Assembly (NCBI GenBank): GCA_025924295.1
Contig: JAICEG010000001.1
Span: forward strand, 1-37,838
Reading direction: 5' to 3'
Length of the DNA: 37,838 nt
From: Vicinamibacteria bacterium
GTDB lineage: Bacteria > Acidobacteriota > Vicinamibacteria > Vicinamibacterales > UBA2999
Notes under the pieces: generated by a model
Databases searched by the model: none
The model's input: only the letters and a program-made list of their open reading frames with translations
Told to the model about the DNA's origin: nothing
Shown here: positions 23,831 through 32,295 of the stretch, in pieces
Layout: each line of letters begins with the position of its first letter
Position numbering within the stretch: the stretch's first letter is position 1
Program-made: the position numbers and the translations under genes

Positions 23831-23861
23831 TCTCCTGGTCCGGCTGAAGCCGGACACTACG
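23831..23861. repeat. 31-nt hairpin-containing intergenic repeat, copy 2
   Basis: Sequence TCTCCTGGTCCGGCTGAAGCCGGACACTACG, with the stem-loop at 23838-23855. Directly abuts the upstream stop (23862-23864) and supplies the RBS of the downstream gene. Confidence 0.85.
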
Positions 23862-26180
23862 TCAGTTCACATTCTTCTGAAGCCAGCCCGCAATGTACTT
23901 GATGATGTCGTCGCTGTTCTTCTCGAGCATCATGACGTGACTGTTCCCTCTGATGCCGACGTCCTCGAACCGCACGAAGTCGGTCTTCACACCCGCCTGG
24001 TTGAGGAACTTCGGGATGCAGGGATCGTAGACGCGGTGGTACGTCCCGTTCGCGCTCGCGGAGAACACCCTGATGTTCTTCCACTTCGCCAGCTTGCGCG
24101 CCGGCTCGACCTGCATCCAGCACGGCGCTTCGTCGGGACGTTCACCCTTCGGCTCGAGCGCGACGTTCAAGTCACCCGGCGCGTTCGCCGGCGGATCGAA
24201 CTCGAATTTCGAGTTCGTCAACCCCCACGAGTTGGGATTGCGCGGTCCCGCCGTCACCTTGGCCGTGTCGACGTTGCCGAACTGCGGACCTCCCGGTTCG
24301 AGACTGACCATCGCCTTGACGAACTGCGGACGCGTCTCGGTCACGTCGAATGCGATCCCACCGCCCTGCGAGTGCGCGAACAGGATCACGGGGTTGCCGA
24401 TCGCGTCGAGCAGCGCGACCGTCGCGTCCTTCGCAAGGCCGGTGCTGGCGCCGGCAAACTGCACCTGCGACCGCATGAAGTTGTCGAAGACCGGATCGCC
24501 GATCTTGCCCGCGCCCGGCCACTGCGTGTGATTCATCTTGAGCGGGAAATCACCGCGCTCGCGGGCGTTGGTCCAGATGCGCTCGAGTTCGAGCGCCGTA
24601 CGGATGTTGAGGTTGCCGTCAATCGGCGTCTTGCCATCGGGACCAGGCAGCGGCACGTACGCCGACCGTCCACGCGCCGGGTAGTCCACCATGTAGACGA
24701 CGTAGCCCTGCTCCACGAGACGATAGGCCCAGCCTTGACGATTGTCCGGTGTCTGCTGCCACTGCACGCCAGTCTGTCCATTCGCGTGGAAGAGGATGAT
24801 CGGATACGGCGATCGCACCTGGCGCGGCACCCACACCTCGGTGTACATCGCGCCTCGCATCACCTGACGGCCTGGCTCACCCCAGTAACTGCCTCCCGCG
24901 AAGAGGAAACCCTTGCGCGCGATGTTCTCGGTCGAGAACGTCGGGATCGCTTTGCCCGGTGTCGCGCGCGAGGCGTTTTCGCCTGAACCGGGCTTCGCGT
25001 TCGTGGACAGCCAGGTGCCGATGTACTTCGCGATGTCGGCGCTGTTCCGCTCGAGCATCATCATGTGTCCGTTGCCCGGCAGGCCGACCTTCTCCATCTC
25101 CACGTACTCGGTCTTCACGCCGGCCTGGTTCAGCCACTTCGCGAGACAGTGGTCGTAGATGCGGTGATAGCTTCCCTCTCCGACCATGAAGAGCACGGGG
25201 ATGTTCTGCAGGTTCTTCAGCTTTCGCGCCGGTTCCTGCTGCACGTAGCACGGCACCTTGTCGGGGGCCGGCGCCTTGTCCTCGAGGACCGTCTGCAACT
25301 CCTTCGCATCGGTGATCGCGGGCTCGTAGGTGATCGGGCTGTTGGCCACGCCCCAGCTCAATCCACCACCGCCGGCATAGGTCACCTTCGCGTTGTCGAC
25401 ACCACGGATTGGAGGCGCCGCGGGCTCGAGCGTGACGATCGCTTTCACGAGGTTCGGCCGCGCATCGGCAACCAGCCACCCGAACGCGCCACCCTGTGAG
25501 TGCGTCAGCAGGATGACCGGTGTGTTGATCATGTCGAGCAGCGCGATGTTCGCATCGCGCGTCAGCGTCTCCTGCCGCCCGCCGGCGAGGAACTGCACCT
25601 GCGTCTTCGTGAAATGGTCGAAGACCTTGTCACCGATCCGGCCGCTCCCCGGCCACTGCGTGTGCTTCTTGGCCTGCGGGTAGTTCCCGCGCGCGGCCAT
25701 TGCGGTGAACGTCTCCTCGAGGTTCTCCGCGGTGCGGATGTTCAGGTTCAGCTGCCCCGCGGTCCCGTCGACGCCTGGCACGTACTGCGAGCGGCCGCGC
25801 GCCGGGAAGTCCTGCAGGTAGACGACGTAGCCCATGTCGAGGAAGTTATAGGCCCAGCCGGGGCGGCCGTCCGGGGTCAGAAGCCAGTCCACACCGGTCT
25901 GTCCGGCGCCGTGCAGGAAGACAACGGGGTATGGCGACCTGATCTGTCGAGGCACCATGACCTCGACATACATCGCCCCTCCCATCGTCGATTCCTTGTT
26001 CTGCCCCAGTTCACCAACGTACTTCCCGCCGGCAAAGAAGAACCCGTGACGGGCGACCTTATCGAGCGCAACTGTCGGAACCGTCGACGGCACGGCACGC
26101 GACTGATGACTTTGCGCCTCGGCGTGAGACAAACCAGCCAGCCCGATAGCGACGACTAAGAGTGCAAGGCGTGAGTTCAT
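23862..26180 (-). CDS. Secreted protein with two tandem alpha/beta-hydrolase domains (internal duplication)
   Basis: 772 aa with signal peptide MNSRLALLVVAIGLAGLSHAEAQ. The halves aa ~45-392 and ~423-768 align motif for motif. Examples: GFFFAGGKY/GFLFAGGSY, PVVFLHGAGQTGVDW/PIILFHANGQTGVQW and HTQWPG in both. Nucleophile elbows THSQGG (Ser codon 25497-25499) and AHSQGG (24369-24371). GNGHMMMLE/GNSHVMMLE. Confidence 0.85.
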   Translation of the reverse strand: MNSRLALLVVAIGLAGLSHAEAQSHQSRAVPSTVPTVALDKVARHGFFFAGGKYVGELGQNKESTMGGAMYVEVMVPRQIRSPYPVVFLHGAGQTGVDWLLTPDGRPGWAYNFLDMGYVVYLQDFPARGRSQYVPGVDGTAGQLNLNIRTAENLEETFTAMAARGNYPQAKKHTQWPGSGRIGDKVFDHFTKTQVQFLAGGRQETLTRDANIALLDMINTPVILLTHSQGGAFGWLVADARPNLVKAIVTLEPAAPPIRGVDNAKVTYAGGGGLSWGVANSPITYEPAITDAKELQTVLEDKAPAPDKVPCYVQQEPARKLKNLQNIPVLFMVGEGSYHRIYDHCLAKWLNQAGVKTEYVEMEKVGLPGNGHMMMLERNSADIAKYIGTWLSTNAKPGSGENASRATPGKAIPTFSTENIARKGFLFAGGSYWGEPGRQVMRGAMYTEVWVPRQVRSPYPIILFHANGQTGVQWQQTPDNRQGWAYRLVEQGYVVYMVDYPARGRSAYVPLPGPDGKTPIDGNLNIRTALELERIWTNARERGDFPLKMNHTQWPGAGKIGDPVFDNFMRSQVQFAGASTGLAKDATVALLDAIGNPVILFAHSQGGGIAFDVTETRPQFVKAMVSLEPGGPQFGNVDTAKVTAGPRNPNSWGLTNSKFEFDPPANAPGDLNVALEPKGERPDEAPCWMQVEPARKLAKWKNIRVFSASANGTYHRVYDPCIPKFLNQAGVKTDFVRFEDVGIRGNSHVMMLEKNSDDIIKYIAGWLQKNVN

Positions 26181-26231
26181 GGCAGTCTCCCAAATGACAA
26201 GGCCCCGTTTCTAGAGCCGCGAGAGACGAAT

Positions 26232-26266
26232 GTCAAGAACGTAATGGACCCCATTACGTTCTTGAC
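26232..26266. promoter_or_regulatory. Perfect 16-bp inverted repeat (candidate operator or 5'-UTR hairpin) in divergent intergenic region
   Basis: GTCAAGAACGTAATGG (26232-26247), spacer acc, CCATTACGTTCTTGAC (26251-26266). Lies between the divergent starts at 26180 (-) and 26279/26300 (+). AT-richer than its surroundings. Confidence 0.6.
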
Positions 26267-26278
26267 GTCTCGACCAGC

Positions 26279-26929
26279 GTGCAGCAGAGTTCGGGGCCGA
26301 TGTTCGACCCGTTCTTCCGGGCGCTCAAGGAGCGCCTGCTCGAGCCAGTGGCACGAGCGCTCGGCCCGCAGCTCCCTCCGGCGGCGATCACCTGGGTCGC
26401 GTTCGCCGTCGGTCTCATGTGTGCGGTCGTCGTGCTTGCCGGCGACCTTCGAGTCGCGCTCGGCTTGTGGCTGCTCAACCGGCTGCTCGACGGCCTCGAC
26501 GGCACCCATGCGCGCGTGCACGCGCGGATCAGTCAGTTCGGCGCCTACCTGGACATCGTCCTCGACTTCGTCGTGTATGCCGCGATCCCAATCGCGTTCG
26601 TCGTCGTCGGACGTCACTACGAGCTCGCGCTCGCGGGTATGTTTCTGCTCGCGTCTTTCTATGTCAACGCCGCGTCGTGGATGTACTTGTCCGCGCTACT
26701 CGAGGCGCGAGGCGAGGGGGCGATCACACACGGTGAGACGACGTCTGCCACGATGCCTCCCGGCATCGTTGCCGGGACGGAGACCGTTATCTTCTACACG
26801 CTGTTCTTCCTGGTGCCTTCGCGTCAGGCAATGCTCTTCACTGTGATGGCGCTGTTGGTGCTGGCCAATGTCGCCCTGCGTCTACGCTGGGCGAATCGTC
26901 GCCTTCGTCCGGAAGCACATCGTCGTTAG
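26279..26929 (+). CDS. CDP-alcohol phosphatidyltransferase family membrane protein
   Basis: Signature DGTHAR-x8-G-x3-D-x3-D, read as DGLDGTHARVHARISQFGAYLDIVLDFVVY (about 26498-26566). Several hydrophobic segments. Start is GTG at 26279 or ATG at 26300. Confidence 0.8.
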   Translation: MQQSSGPMFDPFFRALKERLLEPVARALGPQLPPAAITWVAFAVGLMCAVVVLAGDLRVALGLWLLNRLLDGLDGTHARVHARISQFGAYLDIVLDFVVYAAIPIAFVVVGRHYELALAGMFLLASFYVNAASWMYLSALLEARGEGAITHGETTSATMPPGIVAGTETVIFYTLFFLVPSRQAMLFTVMALLVLANVALRLRWANRRLRPEAHRR

Positions 26930-27011
26930 CCCAGCCCGGAAGCGGTGCGTGCGGCGGCCACAATAGAACGCTGGCGAGAGGGTCGCCCAGTCTCCTACTA
27001 TCGGCTGGCCA

Positions 27012-29579
27012 ATGTCGCACGACGAAGGGGATCACATCGCGCCGGGTGCCGCCGCAGATGCGCTCACGCGTACGGCTCATGTCACCCCGTTACCGGCCTC
27101 ACGCCACGATTACACGCTGGCGAGCGACCAGCGGTTCGGCCACTTCGTCATCGTTCGTGCACTCGGGCGCGGCGGCATGGGTGAGGTGTACGAAGCCGAG
27201 GATGTCGACACCGGGCGACGAGTGGCGCTGAAACTGTTGCGTCAATCGCTGGCTCGCGACGTGGATAGAGCGCGTTTCCTGCGCGAGGGGCGTCTCGCCG
27301 CGTCGATCAACCACGAGCACGTCGTCTATGTGTACGGGAGCGAAGAAATCGACGGCGCTCCGGTCATCACGATGGAGTTGGCGGCCGGGGGAAATCTCCG
27401 GGATCGCGTCGACGCTCAGGGACCGCTGCCGACAGCCGTGGCAGTGGATCTGATTCTTCAAGTGATAGATGGGCTGGAAGCGACAGCCAGCGCAGGCATC
27501 CTGCACCGCGACGTCAAGCCGTCCAATTGCTTCGTCGCCGCCGATGGCACCGTCAAGGTCGGCGACTTCGGTCTCTCGATCTCAACACGAAGTGTCGAGA
27601 GTCAGCTCACGTTGGAAGGAGCGATGCTCGGCACCCCGGCCTTCGCACCGCCGGAGCAGGTCATCGGCGAGCCGCTCGACGTCAGGTCTGACATCTACTC
27701 GACGGGAGCAACGTTATATTTCCTGCTGACCGGCCGGGCACCGTTTTCAGGGGAGTCCCTTGCGCAACTCATCGCAAGCGTGCTCAGGCAGGAACCTGAG
27801 TCGCCTGCGGCTCTGGTCGAGAGTGTGTCGCCGGATCTCGCGCTGATCGTCCTGCGGTGCCTGGACAAGAATCCGACACGCCGCTATCAGTCCTACACCG
27901 ATCTACGCGGTGCACTGCTGCCGTATGGTTCGCAGCGGTCCTCGCCCGCGACCCGACGTTCGCGAATACTGGCGTCGCTGGTCGATCAGGCACTCCTTTC
28001 CGTGCCGTTCCTTCTCGTTGCGCCAGAGGCGTTCGAGTCCTTGGGGGGAGATGTCTTCAGCCGTGAGAGCGGTGCGTTGCTGATTGGCGCAATCGGTGGG
28101 AGCCTGTTCTACTACGGCCTGCTCGAAGGCATCTGGGGAGCCTCCCTTGGAAAGCAGTTGCTCGGGATTCGTGTGGCCCGAGTCGATCAGCAACCGATCG
28201 GACTGCACCTGGCGTTGCTGCGGGTGCTCGTCTGGATCGTAGCCACCATCCTCGTGCCGTTCACACTCCAGGCGGGGTACGAGCTGGCTACCGCTCGAGC
28301 CGCGGATGAGGCCATGGTCGTTTTCGAGATCATCGGCCTGGCCCTGGTGTTTGCCACTGCCCGCCGAGCAAATGGTTTTTCCGGCCTGCACGACATGCTG
28401 ACCGGCGCTCGCGTGATCGAACAGACGGGACCGCCTGCTCGCGTTCCGCCGCTGCTTCCACCACGGCTCACGAAGGCCGACCGCCATGGAAAGCGAATTG
28501 GGCCGTATCTCGTCGTCGAGGCGCTTGGCGCAACCGACGAAGGTCAACTCGTCCTCGGCTTCGATGACGTCCTTCGCCGCAACGTGTGGATCCATGTGCA
28601 TTCGCCCGGAACCGTAGGACTCACCGCCGATCGCCGCGGAATCGGGCGTCCCGGACGGCTGCGGTGGCTTTCGGAACGGCGCACTCACCTCGAGAGATGG
28701 GACGCATATGACGGCCCCGCTGGCATCCCATTCATGGAGTTCGCTCGCCACGCGCGGCACTGGTCACAAGTGAGATTTCTACTCTACGACATCGCCGTCG
28801 AGGCCCGGGAAATCCTGAAGTCTCATGAGAACGTACAGTTCGGCCTGGATCGGATTTGGGTCACGCAGCGAGGGAGCGCGGTGCTGCTGGACTTCGCGAT
28901 CCCGGGGGCTCAGCCTTCGAAGCCGCCGATCTCGGGCGCGAAGGCGCTCATCACGCGGGCGGCCTTCCTGGCCCTGACTGGTAACCCCAGTGCTACGACC
29001 TGCGCTGCAGCGGCCGCCGCGACACCGCTTCCCCTGCATGCGTATGAGTTCCTGATCAAGCTCGAACGTGACGCATTCCCAGACCTGGAAAGGTTGACCG
29101 TCGCGCTGAAGGAGACCTTGACGCGTCCGGCGGTACTCACGCGCCGGCGACGGCTTCTTCCCCTGGTGAGTGTGAGTGCACTGCCCATTGCGGCATTGAT
29201 ACTCGCGCTGCAAGAGACAGTCGCACGGGCCGCCTTCAATCTCTCCGCCCTGCTCGCACCGCTAGCGGGAATTCTGTTCATCTTGACGATTGCCTCGATG
29301 TTTACCGTAGCGTTCTTTCGTGGAGGGCTGATGTTCGAGCTCCTGGGCGTCGCAATAGCGACTCGTGAAGGCCCGGAAGCGTCGCCGAGGCAGGTGTTTC
29401 GGCGAGCCGTGGTGGGGTGGCTGCCTTCGCTGATTTTCGTTGCGGGAGTTGTGTTTCAGATTCCCTGGCTCGCCGCAGCCGCACTCGTCGTGACTGTTCT
29501 TGGCCTCGTATCAGCGGCTCTGACGCCTGACCGCGGGCTGCACGACCGGCTGCTCGGGACGCGCCTGGTCAGGCGATAA
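27012..29579 (+). CDS. Hanks-type Ser/Thr protein kinase fused to RDD membrane domain, degenerate kinase-like region and second RDD-like domain
   Basis: 855 aa. Kinase motifs GRGGMGEVY, VALKLL, HRDVKPSN, DFGLS and GTPAFAPPE (aa ~43-300). RDD-like region aa ~314-470 (RILASLVDQ..., GASLGKQLLGIRV, GLHDMLTGARVIE). The C-terminal hydrophobic region ends with a matching GLHDRLLGTRLV. Confidence 0.8.
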   Translation: MSHDEGDHIAPGAAADALTRTAHVTPLPASRHDYTLASDQRFGHFVIVRALGRGGMGEVYEAEDVDTGRRVALKLLRQSLARDVDRARFLREGRLAASINHEHVVYVYGSEEIDGAPVITMELAAGGNLRDRVDAQGPLPTAVAVDLILQVIDGLEATASAGILHRDVKPSNCFVAADGTVKVGDFGLSISTRSVESQLTLEGAMLGTPAFAPPEQVIGEPLDVRSDIYSTGATLYFLLTGRAPFSGESLAQLIASVLRQEPESPAALVESVSPDLALIVLRCLDKNPTRRYQSYTDLRGALLPYGSQRSSPATRRSRILASLVDQALLSVPFLLVAPEAFESLGGDVFSRESGALLIGAIGGSLFYYGLLEGIWGASLGKQLLGIRVARVDQQPIGLHLALLRVLVWIVATILVPFTLQAGYELATARAADEAMVVFEIIGLALVFATARRANGFSGLHDMLTGARVIEQTGPPARVPPLLPPRLTKADRHGKRIGPYLVVEALGATDEGQLVLGFDDVLRRNVWIHVHSPGTVGLTADRRGIGRPGRLRWLSERRTHLERWDAYDGPAGIPFMEFARHARHWSQVRFLLYDIAVEAREILKSHENVQFGLDRIWVTQRGSAVLLDFAIPGAQPSKPPISGAKALITRAAFLALTGNPSATTCAAAAAATPLPLHAYEFLIKLERDAFPDLERLTVALKETLTRPAVLTRRRRLLPLVSVSALPIAALILALQETVARAAFNLSALLAPLAGILFILTIASMFTVAFFRGGLMFELLGVAIATREGPEASPRQVFRRAVVGWLPSLIFVAGVVFQIPWLAAAALVVTVLGLVSAALTPDRGLHDRLLGTRLVRR

Positions 29580-30768
29580 CCGAAGCCCCGGGTGGCTCGA
29601 CGCCCCAGCCGGGCTTGTCGTTGAGCAGCAACACGCCACCTTCCACGCGCTCGCCCGTGGCTTGCCGCGTCCGCTTGCGGTCGAACGTGTACTCGAGCGT
29701 GCGCACGAGATCGGGATAGACGGCCGCCGCGTGCAGGCTTGCAGCCGTCGATATCGGTCCCGCCGGGTTGTGCGGCGAGACCTCGATCGCACCTGCGCTC
29801 GCTTTCATCACGCCGAGCAGTGGTCCGAACCCGCCGACGTGTTTCACGTCGGGCATGATCACGTCAGCCCACTTGTTTCGCCTGATCTCCGCAAACCGGC
29901 TGTCGCCCCAGAAGATCTCCCCCGCCGAGACGCGCAGTCGCGTGCGGCGCTTCAGCTCCGCGTAGGCGGCCCCCATGGCGAAGGGTTCCTCGATCCAATC
30001 CAGCCGCACGCGCTCGAGCTCCGGGAGAATGGCGAAGAAGTCCTCGGGACGGGCGTAGCGCTCGTGGAAATCAACGCGGATCCCGAGGTCCGGAAACTCC
30101 TCGCGCAGCCGGTTGAGCGTCGCTAACCCCGGAGCGCTCTTTGCGACGGCGTTGTCGGGACTGTTCACCGCCTCGAACGGTGCGCACTTGAAGATCGAAA
30201 AGCCCTGCGCGCGGACCTCGCCGACGATCGTCGAGTACTCCTCGGCGCTGCGCGTCTGCAGCGTGCGATTGATCGTGGTGTAGAGCTTCACCCCGGCGAA
30301 TGGCGCCTTGTCCCTGAACAGTCGCCACACGGGAACCTGCTCGCGCCTGGCCAGCAGATCGTAGAACGCCTGGTTGAGCGCCGAGAACGCCGTGGCCGTG
30401 ACCAGGTCCGCATCGATCGACGCGATCTCCCGTTCCTTGCGAGCGAGGTTCTCGATCGAGGGCGTGAAGTCCGCATAGTGACGCGCGAACAGTTCCGTCA
30501 CCGCCTGCTTGCAGCGCTCGTCGTCGTTGCTGTGCGACGCCTCGCCGTAACCCGACAGCACACCGTCCGACAGTTCGACAACGAGCCAATCGCCCTTGAG
30601 GCGCAGCGCCGGATGCCAGCCATCGGGATCGGGGATCGTCCGGAACCGCAGCATGAGCGGACGTTGCGCGCGCACGATCGACGGCGCTCCGACTGCGGCG
30701 GCCGCCAGGGCGGCCGACGTGCGGACGAATGTGCGACGCGAGACGGGCGACGGTGGCGTAGGCATCAC
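29569..30768 (-). CDS. Enolase-superfamily enzyme (mandelate racemase / muconate lactonizing family, acid-sugar dehydratase-like) with twin-arginine signal
   Basis: 399 aa. N-terminus MMPTPPSPVSRRTFVRTSAALAAAAVGAPSIVRAQ. Metal and catalytic motifs IRVDFHE, LDWIEEPF, VSAGE, DVIMPDVKHVGG and SPHNPAGPI. Confidence 0.75.
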   Translation of the reverse strand: MMPTPPSPVSRRTFVRTSAALAAAAVGAPSIVRAQRPLMLRFRTIPDPDGWHPALRLKGDWLVVELSDGVLSGYGEASHSNDDERCKQAVTELFARHYADFTPSIENLARKEREIASIDADLVTATAFSALNQAFYDLLARREQVPVWRLFRDKAPFAGVKLYTTINRTLQTRSAEEYSTIVGEVRAQGFSIFKCAPFEAVNSPDNAVAKSAPGLATLNRLREEFPDLGIRVDFHERYARPEDFFAILPELERVRLDWIEEPFAMGAAYAELKRRTRLRVSAGEIFWGDSRFAEIRRNKWADVIMPDVKHVGGFGPLLGVMKASAGAIEVSPHNPAGPISTAASLHAAAVYPDLVRTLEYTFDRKRTRQATGERVEGGVLLLNDKPGWGVEPPGASVIA

Positions 30769-30818
30769 CTACTTCTGGCCCGTATCGTAGCTGAATCCGT
30801 GGCGATATACTCCGGCCC

Positions 30819-32279
30819 GTGATGACGGTTACCGGCGTGATCGGGTGGTCGCGGCTTGTGGGCGCCGCGATCGTTGCCGCCTGCGTGACGGCGTGTAGTC
30901 CCGCCCCATCATCAGACGCACCGGTTCCAGCGCGCCCACCCAACATCGTGTTCGTCCTGGTCGACGACATGCGGTGGGACGAGATGGGCGCCGCCGGCCA
31001 CCCGGTGCTCGAGACTCCGCACATGGATCGACTGGCACGCGAGGGCATGCGCTTCGAGAACGCGTTCGCCACGACGCCACTCTGCTCACCGAGCCGCGCG
31101 TCGTTTCTCACCGGTCAATACGCGCACACGAATGGGATCGTCGACAACACGGCCAGGCCCAGCCATGACCTGCCGACGTTTCCGCGCGAGCTGCAGAAAG
31201 CCGGTTATGCCACTGGCTTCTTCGGCAAGTGGCACATGGGGAATGACGCCAGCCCTCGCCCTGGATTCACGCATTGGGTCGCGATGCCCGGCCAGGGTGA
31301 GGCGCTCGATCCCAATCTGAACGTCGACGGCAAGGCACTTCGCGCCACCGGGTACGTGAGCGATGTGCTGACCGACTACGTCGAGTCATTTATCCAGCGA
31401 TCCGGTTCACAGCCGTTCCTCGCTTATCTCGCGCACAAAGCGATTCATCCAAACATCGTCCAGCGTGACGACGGCAGTCTGGTTCCGGTCCCCGGGCAGC
31501 CGGGTGGATTCGTAGCGGCCGAACGCCATCGCGGCCGCTACGGCCAACGACAGATGCCGCGACGCGCCAACGCGTTCAAGCCGCCCGTCGACAAGCCTGC
31601 TCTCTTGAGAAAGATCGGGTCGCTTCCGCCGCTCGGCCGTGAGACGGCCACAACCGACGATGAGATGCGCAGCCGCGGCGAAATGCTGCTTGGCGTGGAC
31701 GACAGTTTGGGTCGCATCCTCGACGTGCTCGAGCGTAGCGGCCAACTCGATAACACGGTCGTCGTCTTCACCAGCGATCACGGCTACTTCTATGGTGAGC
31801 ACGGCCTCAATGAAGAGCGCCGGCTGGCATACGAGGAAACGATCCGCATTCCACTGCTGGTTCGATTCCCGCCCAAGGTCAAGCCCGGTTCGGTGTCACG
31901 CGAGATGGCACTCAGCCTCGACATCGCGCCAACGCTGATGGAGCTCGCGGGCCTGGCACCGTTGCCCGGGATGCAGGGGCGCTCGCTAGTCCCGATCTTC
32001 GCCGGCTCGCCAGCCGAATGGCGGCGTTCGTTCCTGATCGAGTACTTCAGCGACACCGTCTACCCACGCATCTTCAAGATGGGTTACTCCGCCGTTCGCA
32101 CCGAGCGGCACAAGTACATCGCCTATCGCGAACTGCGGGGAATGAACGAGCTCTATGACCTTCAGGTGGATCCGTACGAAGAACACAACCTGGTCGGCAC
32201 GCCGGCAGGGGCTTCAGTCGAGGCGGATCTGCAACTCGAATTACGGACACTGCTGACCGACACGAGCGCCGGCCCGTAA
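30819..32279 (+). CDS. Sulfatase family lipoprotein (formylglycine-dependent)
   Basis: 486 aa. Lipobox-like AACVTAC. Motifs PNIVFVLVDDMRWD and the formylglycine motif CSPSR (31083-31097, checked) followed by ASFLTGQ. Also FTSDHGY. Confidence 0.85.
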   Translation: MMTVTGVIGWSRLVGAAIVAACVTACSPAPSSDAPVPARPPNIVFVLVDDMRWDEMGAAGHPVLETPHMDRLAREGMRFENAFATTPLCSPSRASFLTGQYAHTNGIVDNTARPSHDLPTFPRELQKAGYATGFFGKWHMGNDASPRPGFTHWVAMPGQGEALDPNLNVDGKALRATGYVSDVLTDYVESFIQRSGSQPFLAYLAHKAIHPNIVQRDDGSLVPVPGQPGGFVAAERHRGRYGQRQMPRRANAFKPPVDKPALLRKIGSLPPLGRETATTDDEMRSRGEMLLGVDDSLGRILDVLERSGQLDNTVVVFTSDHGYFYGEHGLNEERRLAYEETIRIPLLVRFPPKVKPGSVSREMALSLDIAPTLMELAGLAPLPGMQGRSLVPIFAGSPAEWRRSFLIEYFSDTVYPRIFKMGYSAVRTERHKYIAYRELRGMNELYDLQVDPYEEHNLVGTPAGASVEADLQLELRTLLTDTSAGP

Positions 32280-32295
32280 CGCGGCGCGCGCTCCA

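Noticed and set aside
26177-26617. 146-aa minus-strand ORF spanning the palindrome region and the 5' part of the phosphatidyltransferase gene
   Set aside because: It is antisense to an ORF with a complete CDP-alcohol phosphatidyltransferase signature, has an acidic/Arg-rich composition without motifs, and has no RBS.
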